Both the position numbers and the translations under genes were made by a program. A DNA stretch of 64,000 bases. It comes from Gemmatimonadales bacterium. Lineage in GTDB: Bacteria; Gemmatimonadota; Gemmatimonadetes; Gemmatimonadales; GWC2-71-9. The notes beneath the pieces were generated by a model that worked only from the letters and a program-made list of their open reading frames with translations, did not search any database and was not told where the DNA came from. The stretch lies in the NCBI GenBank assembly GCA_041577295.1, contig JBFGJG010000017.1, positions 14,162-78,161 on the forward strand. Direction: 5' to 3'. Shown in pieces: positions 1-8,748 of the stretch (positions are counted from its first letter, which is position 1; each line of letters opens with the position of its first letter).

Positions 1-734
1 TGTGCGTCTCCCTTTACCGAAACCGCCTTATCCGGAAGCGCCCGATGAAGCGTCAAGCCCTTCAGGACACCTTGGTGGGTCAATAGCTCAACGACGCCGT
101 GCAGCACTGCGGAGACGTCCACGTGGTCGGCCTGATCACGGTGGCGGCGCCCGGCATAGTCGAGCAGTCCTCGGACGATGCGATCGATACGGCCGGCTTC
201 GAGCTCCATGGATCGTACGAGGTCCGAATCGCCGCCCCGCTTTTTCAAGACTTCGAGGTAAGTCCCGATGGCGGAAAGTGGGTTACCAACCTCGTGCGCC
301 ACACCAGCCGCCAACCGACCGACGCTGGCAAGCTTCTCAGCCCGAACCAGCTGCCGCTGCGCGTCCAGCAGACGTTCAGTCATGTGATTGAAGCGCTCCG
401 CCAAATGCGCGAACTCCCGAGTTTCCGCTACAGGTGCGCGGTGCACCAGATTGCCACTCGCGACTTCATCTGCCCCTCTGGTCAGCGCGCCCAGCGGGGT
501 TAAAACCAGGCGCTCAACCAGATACCGGCCGAAGAGGAACAAGACGGTGACATCGGCAACGATGAGCACGACCAGCGCGATGACCGCAAAGTCCGGTCGG
601 AAGAGTTGGGCCAACAACGTGGCCAGGACCGCGATGGACAGCGCTGCGGTGGCGAGAAGCGCGAGACCAAAAAGTAGCTCGCGCTTGAGCCCGGGCCGCG
701 GCGCGGCGCGACGAGCTGGAGCGACCGACGGCAT
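1..734 (-). CDS. Membrane HAMP-domain sensor histidine kinase (PilS2-like), partial, runs off left edge
   Basis: Not in ORF track because no stop lies in the window. Manual translation from ATG at 734 gives two TM segments, HAMP (PLGALTRGADEVASGNL...EFAHLAERFNHM) and H-box (EKLASVGRLAAGVAHEVGNPL); frame open to position 1. Confidence 0.85.
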   Translation of the reverse strand, partial: MPSVAPARRAAPRPGLKRELLFGLALLATAALSIAVLATLLAQLFRPDFAVIALVVLIVADVTVLFLFGRYLVERLVLTPLGALTRGADEVASGNLVHRAPVAETREFAHLAERFNHMTERLLDAQRQLVRAEKLASVGRLAAGVAHEVGNPLSAIGTYLEVLKKRGGDSDLVRSMELEAGRIDRIVRGLLDYAGRRHRDQADHVDVSAVLHGVVELLTHQGVLKGLTLHRALPDKAVSVKGDA

Positions 735-822
735 CAGATCGCTAGCCGAAATAGAAGCGGGCGACGGAATGTTCCTATCGCCCGGTCGAGGCCCGCGTAG
801 GGCGGCGGGGGCCGGACCGCCA

Positions 823-1203
823 TTATTGGCAGGCTGGTTCGCCCTCATTCTTTGATGGTGGGATGGGGGTCGCCCCCGATCCGTAGAAGATGGCGCACGT
901 CTGACTCGTGCCGGCGTGCTTCGCGCTGGCCGACCAGCCGTTCGCCACCACGTTTGAGATGTTGACCGTCACCCCGGACGACGCCTGGAACCGCGTTCCC
1001 AGATCCGACGTGTAGGTCTGGAAATCGGCCAAGTAGCCTTCCTCAGCAGTAACCAGATTGCGGAGATCGGCCTTCATCGACGTGAGGTACGCTTTCTCTT
1101 TCGTGTTGGTGAACTTCGGAATCGCGATCGCTGCAAGAATGCCGATGATGACCACGACAATCAGCAACTCTATGAGCGTAAAACCCCTTGGGTGAGAACC
1201 CAT
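823..1203 (-). CDS. Type IV pilin (second, tandem paralog)
   Basis: G|FTLIELLIVVVIIGILAAIAIP prepilin motif with E5; C-terminal Cys pair; 126 aa. Confidence 0.95.
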   Translation of the reverse strand: MGSHPRGFTLIELLIVVVIIGILAAIAIPKFTNTKEKAYLTSMKADLRNLVTAEEGYLADFQTYTSDLGTRFQASSGVTVNISNVVANGWSASAKHAGTSQTCAIFYGSGATPIPPSKNEGEPACQ

Positions 1204-1230
1204 TGTGCCTCTCCGCCAGAGATTGCTCGA

Positions 1231-1318
1231 CTAGCATCAAACCTCGAACAGCACTCGGGGCGGTGAAGCCTGGCTCCACCGCCCCGTTGCATGTGAGCCT
1301 GCTCGAAGTCGATGCTAG
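1231..1318. other. Extended multi-stem inverted repeat between the two pilin genes
   Basis: CTAGCATC(1231)/GATGCTAG(1318), TCGAACAG/CTGCTCGA and inner CGGGGCGGTG...CACCGCCCCG (1256-1286). Confidence 0.7.
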
Positions 1319-1325
1319 ATCGCTA

Positions 1326-1709
1326 CTACTTGCAGCGTGGCTCGCCTTCCGGAGCAGCGGCGTCCACCGGATTCGTGTGCCCCACACCGAGCGCGATACC
1401 GCACTTGATGGCGGTGCCGGTGTGCGTGCCCGTGGCGGACCAGCCCTTACCATCCGGGCCTGCGATCGTCACCGTCACGCCAGGCGATGCGCTGTACTGG
1501 GTGGTGGCAAATGTGCCGGTGTACGTCGTGTAGTCGGCGAAGTACGCCTCTTCCGCGTTTACCAGATTGCGGAGATCGGACTTCATCGACGCGACATACG
1601 CCTTTTCTTTCGTGTTGGCGAACTTGGGAATCGCGATGGCGGCCAAGATGCCGATAATCACCACCACGATCAGCAGTTCGATAAGTGTGAAACCCTTGCG
1701 ATTCAGCAT
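1326..1709 (-). CDS. pilA: Type IV pilin, probable major pilin
   Basis: RKG|FTLIELL motif, GGGAGGAG RBS, first gene after a sigma54 promoter, C-terminal Cys pair. Confidence 0.92.
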   Translation of the reverse strand: MLNRKGFTLIELLIVVVIIGILAAIAIPKFANTKEKAYVASMKSDLRNLVNAEEAYFADYTTYTGTFATTQYSASPGVTVTIAGPDGKGWSATGTHTGTAIKCGIALGVGHTNPVDAAAPEGEPRCK

Positions 1710-1773
1710 CGACTCCTCCCAAAGCAGAATGTTGTTCTCTCGACGAGGTTAACAGCCTCTCGGCGCCCGAGGT

Positions 1774-1789
1774 GGCAAGCCCCGTGCCC
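1774..1789 (-). promoter_or_regulatory. Sigma54 (-24/-12) promoter of pilA
   Basis: Minus strand GGGCACGGGGCTTGCC matches TGGCACG-N4-TTGC with exact GG-N10-GC spacing, 65 nt upstream of pilA; PilR-like activator encoded nearby. Confidence 0.8.
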
Positions 1790-2008
1790 ATGCCCAGCGA
1801 AGCACTCTATGCCATTGTAGGACATTGAGTTAACAGACTCGGTAGGGGGCGCGCTCACCACGGCCAGTGGCCAATCGGCCCTTCAAAATGCAAAGTCCCC
1901 CGCTTGACGCAACGGTCGCCGGAGCCTGAACACAATCACACTGTTTTGATACTGTCGTTTAAACGAACTCGTAATCCCTTGAAAATCCGACAGTTGCGAC
2001 GATCGGAT

Positions 2009-3853
2009 CTATACACCCTCCTCGCAGTCCAACCCCCGCTCCGCGGCCAAGGTCCGTAGTCGCATAATGAGCTCTGGACGGAACGCCTTCAGAGGCAAGA
2101 GCGTCGCATTGACCTCCCAGCAAAACGCCTCGCTCAGGTCACTGACCGCCCCCGCCGCTGCCACTGCCGAATCGAGGCCCGGTCCGACGGTGCTGAGCCT
2201 GAGTCCCAACCATTGTAACCGAAGCCGCGCAAACTGCTGCTGCCACTCGGGCGCCTGGGCCTGCGTCAGCAGCAATGCGTAGTCCTCGGCCACTCCCCTG
2301 TTCCCCGGTTCGACCGTCAGCGAGTGCCGCAACACGGCGATCGCTGAGTCGCGCTTCCCCAGGGCAAGATAAGAGTCCACGAGAAACCGGGTGAGCTCGG
2401 GATGTCCCGGCGAGCGTGCGTAGGCCCGCACAGACTCTCCGAGTGCGAGACTCCGCGCACCTCGCGCGAGGGCAATTGGGACCAAGAGCCTCGTGGTGAA
2501 TGGATCCTCAAACAGCTCCGTCGCGGTGAGCAACTCTCGTAGGGCCCGAACGGAGTCCCCGCTGACCGCATAGACTTCGCTCAGCCAAACATGGGCCCGG
2601 TAGTTCTCCGGATGGCGCAGCAACTCCCGAGTAACGGTGGTGGCCGTGTCCCGCCATACCGGCGTCCTGGTCAGCGTGCGCACTGTGAAGACCACGAGGA
2701 TCAACGCGACCGCCCCGCCGAGCATTCGTCGCTCCCTGGCACCGAAGTGCAAGGCGGGCTTACTCACCACCCATCCGAGGACCGCTGCAGGCGCGATGGC
2801 GGCAAGATAGAGTGTGCGTTCGGCCATGACGATCCCAGCCGGGAAAAACAGATTGGACGTCGGAAGGAAGGACCCCGCCGCCACGAGAATTCCAAATGCA
2901 ACCGCCGGCGCTTTGCGGGAGACCGCAAAGGCCAACGCGAGCAGGGCACCCGACGTCACCGCCGCGATGGACGCGACGAGCCCCCATTCCGTCCGCTGCG
3001 GAATGACGAGGGGACTGTAGTCTGCGGCAAGCTGCATTGGCCATACCAGCAGCCTGACGAGGTCGAGTTGGGCCGGCACGGCAGTGGCGATCCGTTCCCA
3101 CGGGGAGAGCCACCGAATCCCCGCCGCAACCGTGGCCTCAGCGTATTCCGCGGCAATCGCCCGCCACAGAAACAGCCATCCGACTGTCAACGCGGTGACG
3201 GATAGATAAAGGCCGAGCGTGCTCCGCCTACTGCGCTCTGGATCCAACCACTGATCGACAATGAGAACGCCGATCGTAACCACCGCGTGTTCCTTGCTGA
3301 ACAGCGCCGTCGCCGTCGCCGCGAGAACCGCGATGAGCCACCGGTTGGCGTGACGTTCATCGGCGCGACGAAATCGCCGGGCAGCCAACACGGCCAGCAG
3401 CATGCCGCTCGCCGCCATTACCTCGGTCCGCCCAATGACGTTCGCAACCGCCTCGACGTGAACCGGATGCACGGCAAACAGCAACCCGCCGGTGAGTGCC
3501 CCAACTAGCGTGAGCCACCGAAGCAGGACGAGTACGACGAGCGCGGTGGCGAACCCATGCAAGAGCGCGTTGGTTGCGTGAAACCACCACGGCGCACCGC
3601 CCGAGATCGTCCAGTCGATGGCGTAAGAGAGCACGGCCATCGGCCGATAGAGTCCCGCCCGCGCTCCCTCGACGGTGGGCCAGTACGGCTCGAAAAATTG
3701 CGACAACGCCGTTGGAACATCGTGTGCAGCGGCATTGTCTCGCACGAGGAACGGGTCATCGATGGCCCACCGGTTTCCCAGCGCGTTGACGTACACCAGA
3801 GACGCGACAAGCGCAGCCAACCACGCCGCCCGAGCAGGTGTCAGCCTTGGCAT
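2009..3853 (-). CDS. TMTC/DUF1736-like GT-C protein O-glycosyltransferase with C-terminal TPR-like region
   Basis: DD motif after TM1 (WAIDD), YRP, HPVHVEAVANVIGRTE, SKE, AERTLYL, W-R-D before helical repeats. Confidence 0.8.
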   Translation of the reverse strand: MPRLTPARAAWLAALVASLVYVNALGNRWAIDDPFLVRDNAAAHDVPTALSQFFEPYWPTVEGARAGLYRPMAVLSYAIDWTISGGAPWWFHATNALLHGFATALVVLVLLRWLTLVGALTGGLLFAVHPVHVEAVANVIGRTEVMAASGMLLAVLAARRFRRADERHANRWLIAVLAATATALFSKEHAVVTIGVLIVDQWLDPERSRRSTLGLYLSVTALTVGWLFLWRAIAAEYAEATVAAGIRWLSPWERIATAVPAQLDLVRLLVWPMQLAADYSPLVIPQRTEWGLVASIAAVTSGALLALAFAVSRKAPAVAFGILVAAGSFLPTSNLFFPAGIVMAERTLYLAAIAPAAVLGWVVSKPALHFGARERRMLGGAVALILVVFTVRTLTRTPVWRDTATTVTRELLRHPENYRAHVWLSEVYAVSGDSVRALRELLTATELFEDPFTTRLLVPIALARGARSLALGESVRAYARSPGHPELTRFLVDSYLALGKRDSAIAVLRHSLTVEPGNRGVAEDYALLLTQAQAPEWQQQFARLRLQWLGLRLSTVGPGLDSAVAAAGAVSDLSEAFCWEVNATLLPLKAFRPELIMRLRTLAAERGLDCEEGV

Positions 3854-5307
3854 TGCAATCGATAAAGCCCCGGACCACCGACGAATTGAAACACGGTCTG
3901 GAGCGTCGTATCCGAACGGGTCACGAGTCGGTCGACGAGCGCTTGCTCGGGCACGTCTGGGCCGGTCACCACAAGGTGCGTGGTCTGCAAGTCACAGAGG
4001 TAAGCCGCGGCAGCGACCCGATCTCCCCCTCCTTCCATCCCCTTGGGAAATGGCACGGCTCGACGGCCAGTGTAGAGCCACACGAGCGCGGGTCGATTCG
4101 TTGCGATGACCGCATCGGGAGGTGTCTCGACCGTGATGGCAGGAGCGAGGATCGTGTACGGGGCGCTGGCTCGGATGGCGGGAGCGGCGAACTGCCGTCC
4201 GGACAACGCAGCGATTTCCCACCAGCCGTAGGACACCAGGCATATCGAGACCGCAACCGCCACCGACAACTTGAGCACGGGACCCTTCCTCCACCCGGCC
4301 GAGAGCCCCGCCGCTAGGAGCGTCAGGAACCAGGGCATTCCAATCCACACAGCCTGCGCGGGCGCGAAGGGCCAAAAGCTCGTCCACACTAGGAACGCTA
4401 GGAACGACGAGGTCATTCCCGGCGCCCTGGAGGCAAGTCGCCACGCGCCCCACAGTGCGAGTGCGAAGATGACTACGGCAGCGGCGTGCCAGAGAGGCGT
4501 GGGCACTGAAGGGATGAGCGCGCCGACCAGTGGAGTGGCTGCCCCGACCGGTGCTCGCGGAACGAACGCGTCGAGACTCAGCCCACGAAGCCTCGCGATC
4601 ACCGAACCGCTTGGATCCGCATGCCACGACCACAGAAACCACGGTGTAGTGGTCGCAAACCAGCCTAATAAAGCGATGGCCGCGTGCCGAACACTGCCTC
4701 GATACGTGAGCGCTACGGCGACGCCTACGATCACGGCGACACCGGCACCGCTCGCCAACGTCGCGAGCCCACTCAGCACACCAGCAGCCACCGCTGTGCG
4801 GGGCGAGACCATCTTGCCGTCGGCGACGAAGACCGCGCCCACCCAACACAGCAACAGGACTGGCCCGGGAGAGCGAATGCCAGCGAGTACGAGCAGGGGC
4901 AAGGCGAGAAAGCCGAGGGGAAGGGCGATGTACTGCACCAACGGCGACAGGTTACGCCTGCGAGCGTAGAGCGCCGTGAGCCATGCGGCGCTCGCGAGGG
5001 CTGCAGCGTCGAACAACTGAAACAGCGTCACATTGTCCGGGAACGTTGGCCAGAGACGCCAGAGAAAACCGAGGATTGCGGGATAGAGGACGGGATAGTG
5101 TACACCGGCGGGGGCCCCCGGAAGATGTAGATGCCGGTACCCCTCGCCAAGCCCCAACGCGCTACCCAGAGCGACGTAGATTCCGTCTTGGCCAAACGCG
5201 CCAACCATGATCCGGTCTAATTGCGCCCACAACGCCAACGCAAAGACACCCACGGCGAGCAACTGAGGCCAGTGTGAGCTCGGAGGTTGCTGCTCAGGTG
5301 CCGTCAT
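3841..5307 (-). CDS. Polytopic membrane protein, probable GT-C glycosyltransferase
   Basis: QDGIYVALGSALGLGEGY and HYPVLYP after TM1, many TM helices, soluble C-terminal tail. Confidence 0.65.
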   Translation of the reverse strand: MTAPEQQPPSSHWPQLLAVGVFALALWAQLDRIMVGAFGQDGIYVALGSALGLGEGYRHLHLPGAPAGVHYPVLYPAILGFLWRLWPTFPDNVTLFQLFDAAALASAAWLTALYARRRNLSPLVQYIALPLGFLALPLLVLAGIRSPGPVLLLCWVGAVFVADGKMVSPRTAVAAGVLSGLATLASGAGVAVIVGVAVALTYRGSVRHAAIALLGWFATTTPWFLWSWHADPSGSVIARLRGLSLDAFVPRAPVGAATPLVGALIPSVPTPLWHAAAVVIFALALWGAWRLASRAPGMTSSFLAFLVWTSFWPFAPAQAVWIGMPWFLTLLAAGLSAGWRKGPVLKLSVAVAVSICLVSYGWWEIAALSGRQFAAPAIRASAPYTILAPAITVETPPDAVIATNRPALVWLYTGRRAVPFPKGMEGGGDRVAAAAYLCDLQTTHLVVTGPDVPEQALVDRLVTRSDTTLQTVFQFVGGPGLYRLQCQG

Positions 5308-7345
5308 GGATATCGGTCGGGCTTGTCAGGGGCGTCAGGATCGGAGGTGCGTCGGGGTCCCCCGGCGGTGGGCTGTAACGCCATACCTCCCAGTTCTGAT
5401 ACCTGGCTAACAGGTCGTCGAGCCTATCACCAGGCTCTCGTGCGAACACGATCCCGCGGTCGAGGCCCACCGGGTTACGCCACGCGAGGCTACCGTAGAG
5501 AGCGAACCCGCGGAGATCCCGCTGCATCTCGCGCTCACATTCCGCCGTCAGGGACACTGGCGAACGCAGCCGGAGGGTTGGGTCCGGCCACCCCTGCACC
5601 CGCTTGACGGGGCCTGTGGCCGAGTCCATCAGCCTCGCGAGACGCATCTCGGCATATGCTTCTTCTCCCTCCCGCCGGATCTGCGCGGCAAAGCTGTGGA
5701 GTTCACACGCGTCGAGTTGCCGGTACGCCCGCTCAGCGAGCCCGGGTCGAACACCGAGTACCCAAAGGTTCACAACGATGCGGGCACCCCAACTTTCGGG
5801 AACCAACACGAGGGCCTCTTCAACGCCGCGTTTCGCCAGGGTTCGCTCGGGGTGCTGCTTGAGGACCGGAAGAAAACCGACACGGTATGCGCGCAGCCGG
5901 GCTGGAAACAGACTGACTGTGCCCCATACGACGACGATTAGTGCACCCACACTTAGAGCGGCTTCCCACCGAACGTGAGGGGTCGATCGTCTCCGTAGTT
6001 GGCGGCATCCCCACACGAACGCTCGAGCGGTGCCGACGATGAGGAAGGGTGCGATGGTGTAGTAGAAGCGGGGCCCAGGGTAGAAACCGGAATGCCAGTA
6101 AAAAAAGTACAGCGCAGGTATGGCGAGGATCCCGGTTGCAACCAGCAAGTCAGCCATTCGTCGATGCTTGGCGAACAACGCCCATATTGCAATTGGGAGC
6201 AACGCGGGAATGGGCCACTCGAATAGATAGATGTGTAACCGCCGTACCGCTGCCGCGAGGTGCCCCAGTGCGACGAGTGGGGTGAAATCGAGCCCCCAAA
6301 CGTCGGTGTGGAAGCCCATGCGTTGCTCCTGACCGTACAGTGCGAGATAGCCCAACTCCAGCGGATGTCCGAACACGCGCCAATTGAACAGCGCGAAGAG
6401 CATCACGACCACGAGACCGCCGAGTCCGACCCATCCTCCCGCGCGCCAGCGGCGTCGCACAAGAATCCAGACACCAATCGGGAGAGCCGCGGCGACAGCG
6501 TCGAGCGGCCGGGTGGCGCCGACGGCACCGAGTAACGAGCCCGCGAGCAGGAAGTGATGCCAGCGGGGTCGGCGGAGCGCCAGCGCGAGAGTCCACGCAC
6601 CGAGCGCAAACACGACGGCCGCGGCGTGATTCATGTAGGTAGCCGACATTGTGAGCGTCCACGCCGAGGTGGCCCACAACACCGCGGCGAGCAAGGCCGT
6701 GCGTCGACCGTAGAGTCCGCGTGCGAGCAGGTAGACCAGCACGAGAGAGACGCCGCCGAGAATCGGGTTGATGAGCCACTCCAACCCAATGCCCATTCCA
6801 ACGGCGAGGAGAAGCGAATGGGCCGGTGGAAACTGGGAGACCCATCCCGCCGGTGCAATCCATGTGTGCAGGAACAGAAACGCTTCGGGCGGATCGGGTG
6901 GTGGTGCGGCCAGCCGACCGGCGAGGAACACGCGGGCCTGAAATAGCTGCGCCATTTCGTCGACGGAATGCGGGTTTGCCGCAAACGCCCACCAGGCGAT
7001 GAATGCCGCGACCGCCACAAAGGTCATGGCGAGACCACAAGCGATCAGCGCACCGTTGGCATAGACCCACTTGGGGCCGCGTAAACGGATCCGCGAAGCC
7101 AGGCGCCCCCCTATCACGGCACCCGCGATGACAACCAGCGTCCCCAGCAGCCAAGCGCGCACGTGGATGGCGAAGTCCGGGCCGAGATCTGAACTACCAG
7201 TCCAGGCAGCGATCGGAAGCGCGGCGAGAACAACGGCCCCCGCCCCGATCACCCCCCAGAGGATGCGAATCACCGACTGTTGGGCTTTGGCGGAAGGAGG
7301 TTGAAGCGGAGAATGTGCCAGAGGGCGGCGACGCCGTCGCGCCAA
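5294..7345 (-). CDS. ArnT/PMT-2-like GT-C glycosyltransferase (start uncertain)
   Basis: SVDEMAQLFQA (DE motif), SQFPP, TRP, GPRFYY; polytopic. Confidence 0.75.
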   Translation of the reverse strand: MARRRRRPLAHSPLQPPSAKAQQSVIRILWGVIGAGAVVLAALPIAAWTGSSDLGPDFAIHVRAWLLGTLVVIAGAVIGGRLASRIRLRGPKWVYANGALIACGLAMTFVAVAAFIAWWAFAANPHSVDEMAQLFQARVFLAGRLAAPPPDPPEAFLFLHTWIAPAGWVSQFPPAHSLLLAVGMGIGLEWLINPILGGVSLVLVYLLARGLYGRRTALLAAVLWATSAWTLTMSATYMNHAAAVVFALGAWTLALALRRPRWHHFLLAGSLLGAVGATRPLDAVAAALPIGVWILVRRRWRAGGWVGLGGLVVVMLFALFNWRVFGHPLELGYLALYGQEQRMGFHTDVWGLDFTPLVALGHLAAAVRRLHIYLFEWPIPALLPIAIWALFAKHRRMADLLVATGILAIPALYFFYWHSGFYPGPRFYYTIAPFLIVGTARAFVWGCRQLRRRSTPHVRWEAALSVGALIVVVWGTVSLFPARLRAYRVGFLPVLKQHPERTLAKRGVEEALVLVPESWGARIVVNLWVLGVRPGLAERAYRQLDACELHSFAAQIRREGEEAYAEMRLARLMDSATGPVKRVQGWPDPTLRLRSPVSLTAECEREMQRDLRGFALYGSLAWRNPVGLDRGIVFAREPGDRLDDLLARYQNWEVWRYSPPPGDPDAPPILTPLTSPTDIHDGT

Positions 7346-8001
7346 TCGATTTTCTTTCCTTCAGCGTAGGTTCGGCCGCTGTAGCTGATTGGCAGCTCCC
7401 AGATGCGTGCGTGCGCTCGAGCGAGCCGCGCCGTGAGCTCGACCTCGATCCCAAACCGGTCGGAGACGAGTGGAATGGACTTCAGTAGGTCCGCCCTCAC
7501 CATCTTATAACACGTTTCCATATCCGTGAGGTTGAGATCGGTGAGCATGTTCGAGAGCAACGTGAGGAGCTTGTTTCCAACGGCGTGCCAGAAGAAGAGT
7601 ACGCGCCGCGGCCCGCTTTGGAACCTCGATCCGAACACGGCGTCGGCTTTGCCAACTCGGATCGGGTCGATGAGTGATGGGAGGTCAGCTGGATCGTATT
7701 CGAGATCGGCGTCCTGAATCACGACCACGTGTCCCGTGGCGGCTTTGATGCCGGCGCGCACCGCGGCCCCTTTTCCCCGATTCCTTCGAAAGTGGATGAC
7801 CCGATCGATCTGACCACATTCGTGTAGCTTGTCCAGCACCTTGCCGGTCCCATCGGATGAGCCGTCATTCACCGCTACGACCTCGACGCGCAGTGGGATC
7901 TGTTTGATGCGCTCAACGGAGGCCGCTACGGTGGCCTCTTCGTTGTACACTGGCATCACCGCCGAGAGAACGATCTCATCCCAGCTAGTGGGGATGCTCA
8001 C
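7270..8001 (-). CDS. GT2 polyprenol-phosphate glycosyltransferase (Dpm1-like)
   Basis: MPVYNE, VNDGSSDGT, NRGKGAA, QDADLEYDP, DMETCYK. GTG start at 8001 with GGGAGG RBS overlaps upstream stop (GTGA). Confidence 0.9.
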   Translation of the reverse strand: MSIPTSWDEIVLSAVMPVYNEEATVAASVERIKQIPLRVEVVAVNDGSSDGTGKVLDKLHECGQIDRVIHFRRNRGKGAAVRAGIKAATGHVVVIQDADLEYDPADLPSLIDPIRVGKADAVFGSRFQSGPRRVLFFWHAVGNKLLTLLSNMLTDLNLTDMETCYKMVRADLLKSIPLVSDRFGIEVELTARLARAHARIWELPISYSGRTYAEGKKIDWRDGVAALWHILRFNLLPPKPNSR

Positions 8002-8735
8002 CGTTTCCTCCCGCCGATCGCAATGAGGGATTGCCCGACTCGAAACGGCAAGTGACGCTCGAGTCGAAACAACGGGACGAGCTTGTCGTACAGCGCGAGC
8101 GGACCGGAGGGAATCATGCGGCGTCGAAGCACTCGGCCGGTGAGCCACCACCCCGGAATGCCAGCCAGGTTGAACCACTCCATGTGCCGGACCTCGAGCC
8201 CCGCCTCTTGGTACCGTTGCCGTAGTACCTTGGGTGTGTAACGACGGTAGTGTCCCAGCATGCGGTCGAGCGATCCATAAATCGCTGGGAGCGCCGGAAC
8301 GAGGAGCACCAAGTGACCCGCTTCCTGCAACATGTCACGCATCGCTACGAGCGATGCCACGTCATCGCGAATGTGCTCCAGAACATTGAGGCAAATGATC
8401 GTATCGAAACGCTCATCAGTTAACGACGGCGGAACGTCCGGCAGGGCAAGCTCTGACACCGTCAGACCGGGACGATCGAACCGTCGTTTGAGTGCCTCGC
8501 GGTAGGCGGCGTCGGTATCGGTGAGGACCACCCGCTCTCGCCCAATGAAGAACTGCGACATGTTGCCGATGCCCGATCCGATCTCGAGGATTCGGTTGCC
8601 GATCCACGGCGCCAGGCGATCGTACATCCAGCGGTTGTACGCCGGTGCGCCCGCCATGCGCTCGAGCGTTGCAGCACCAACTTCGTCGACGGCAGCGAAC
8701 GCCGTCGCTGCCGGACCTGGATGCTGATGGGCCAT
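7998..8735 (-). CDS. Class I SAM-dependent methyltransferase
   Basis: LEIGSGIGN, FDTIICLNVLEH, GHYRRY; ATG at 8735 chosen. Confidence 0.88.
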   Translation of the reverse strand: MAHQHPGPAATAFAAVDEVGAATLERMAGAPAYNRWMYDRLAPWIGNRILEIGSGIGNMSQFFIGRERVVLTDTDAAYREALKRRFDRPGLTVSELALPDVPPSLTDERFDTIICLNVLEHIRDDVASLVAMRDMLQEAGHLVLLVPALPAIYGSLDRMLGHYRRYTPKVLRQRYQEAGLEVRHMEWFNLAGIPGWWLTGRVLRRRMIPSGPLALYDKLVPLFRLERHLPFRVGQSLIAIGGRKR

Positions 8736-8748
8736 CACGCGAGCGGCC

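Noticed and set aside
2..855. Plus-strand ORFs at the left edge and similar antisense ORFs throughout
   Set aside because: Shadow frames of high-GC genes on the opposite strand
1800..1816. Second TGGCAT sigma54-like site upstream of pilA
   Set aside because: GG-to-GC spacing is not N10
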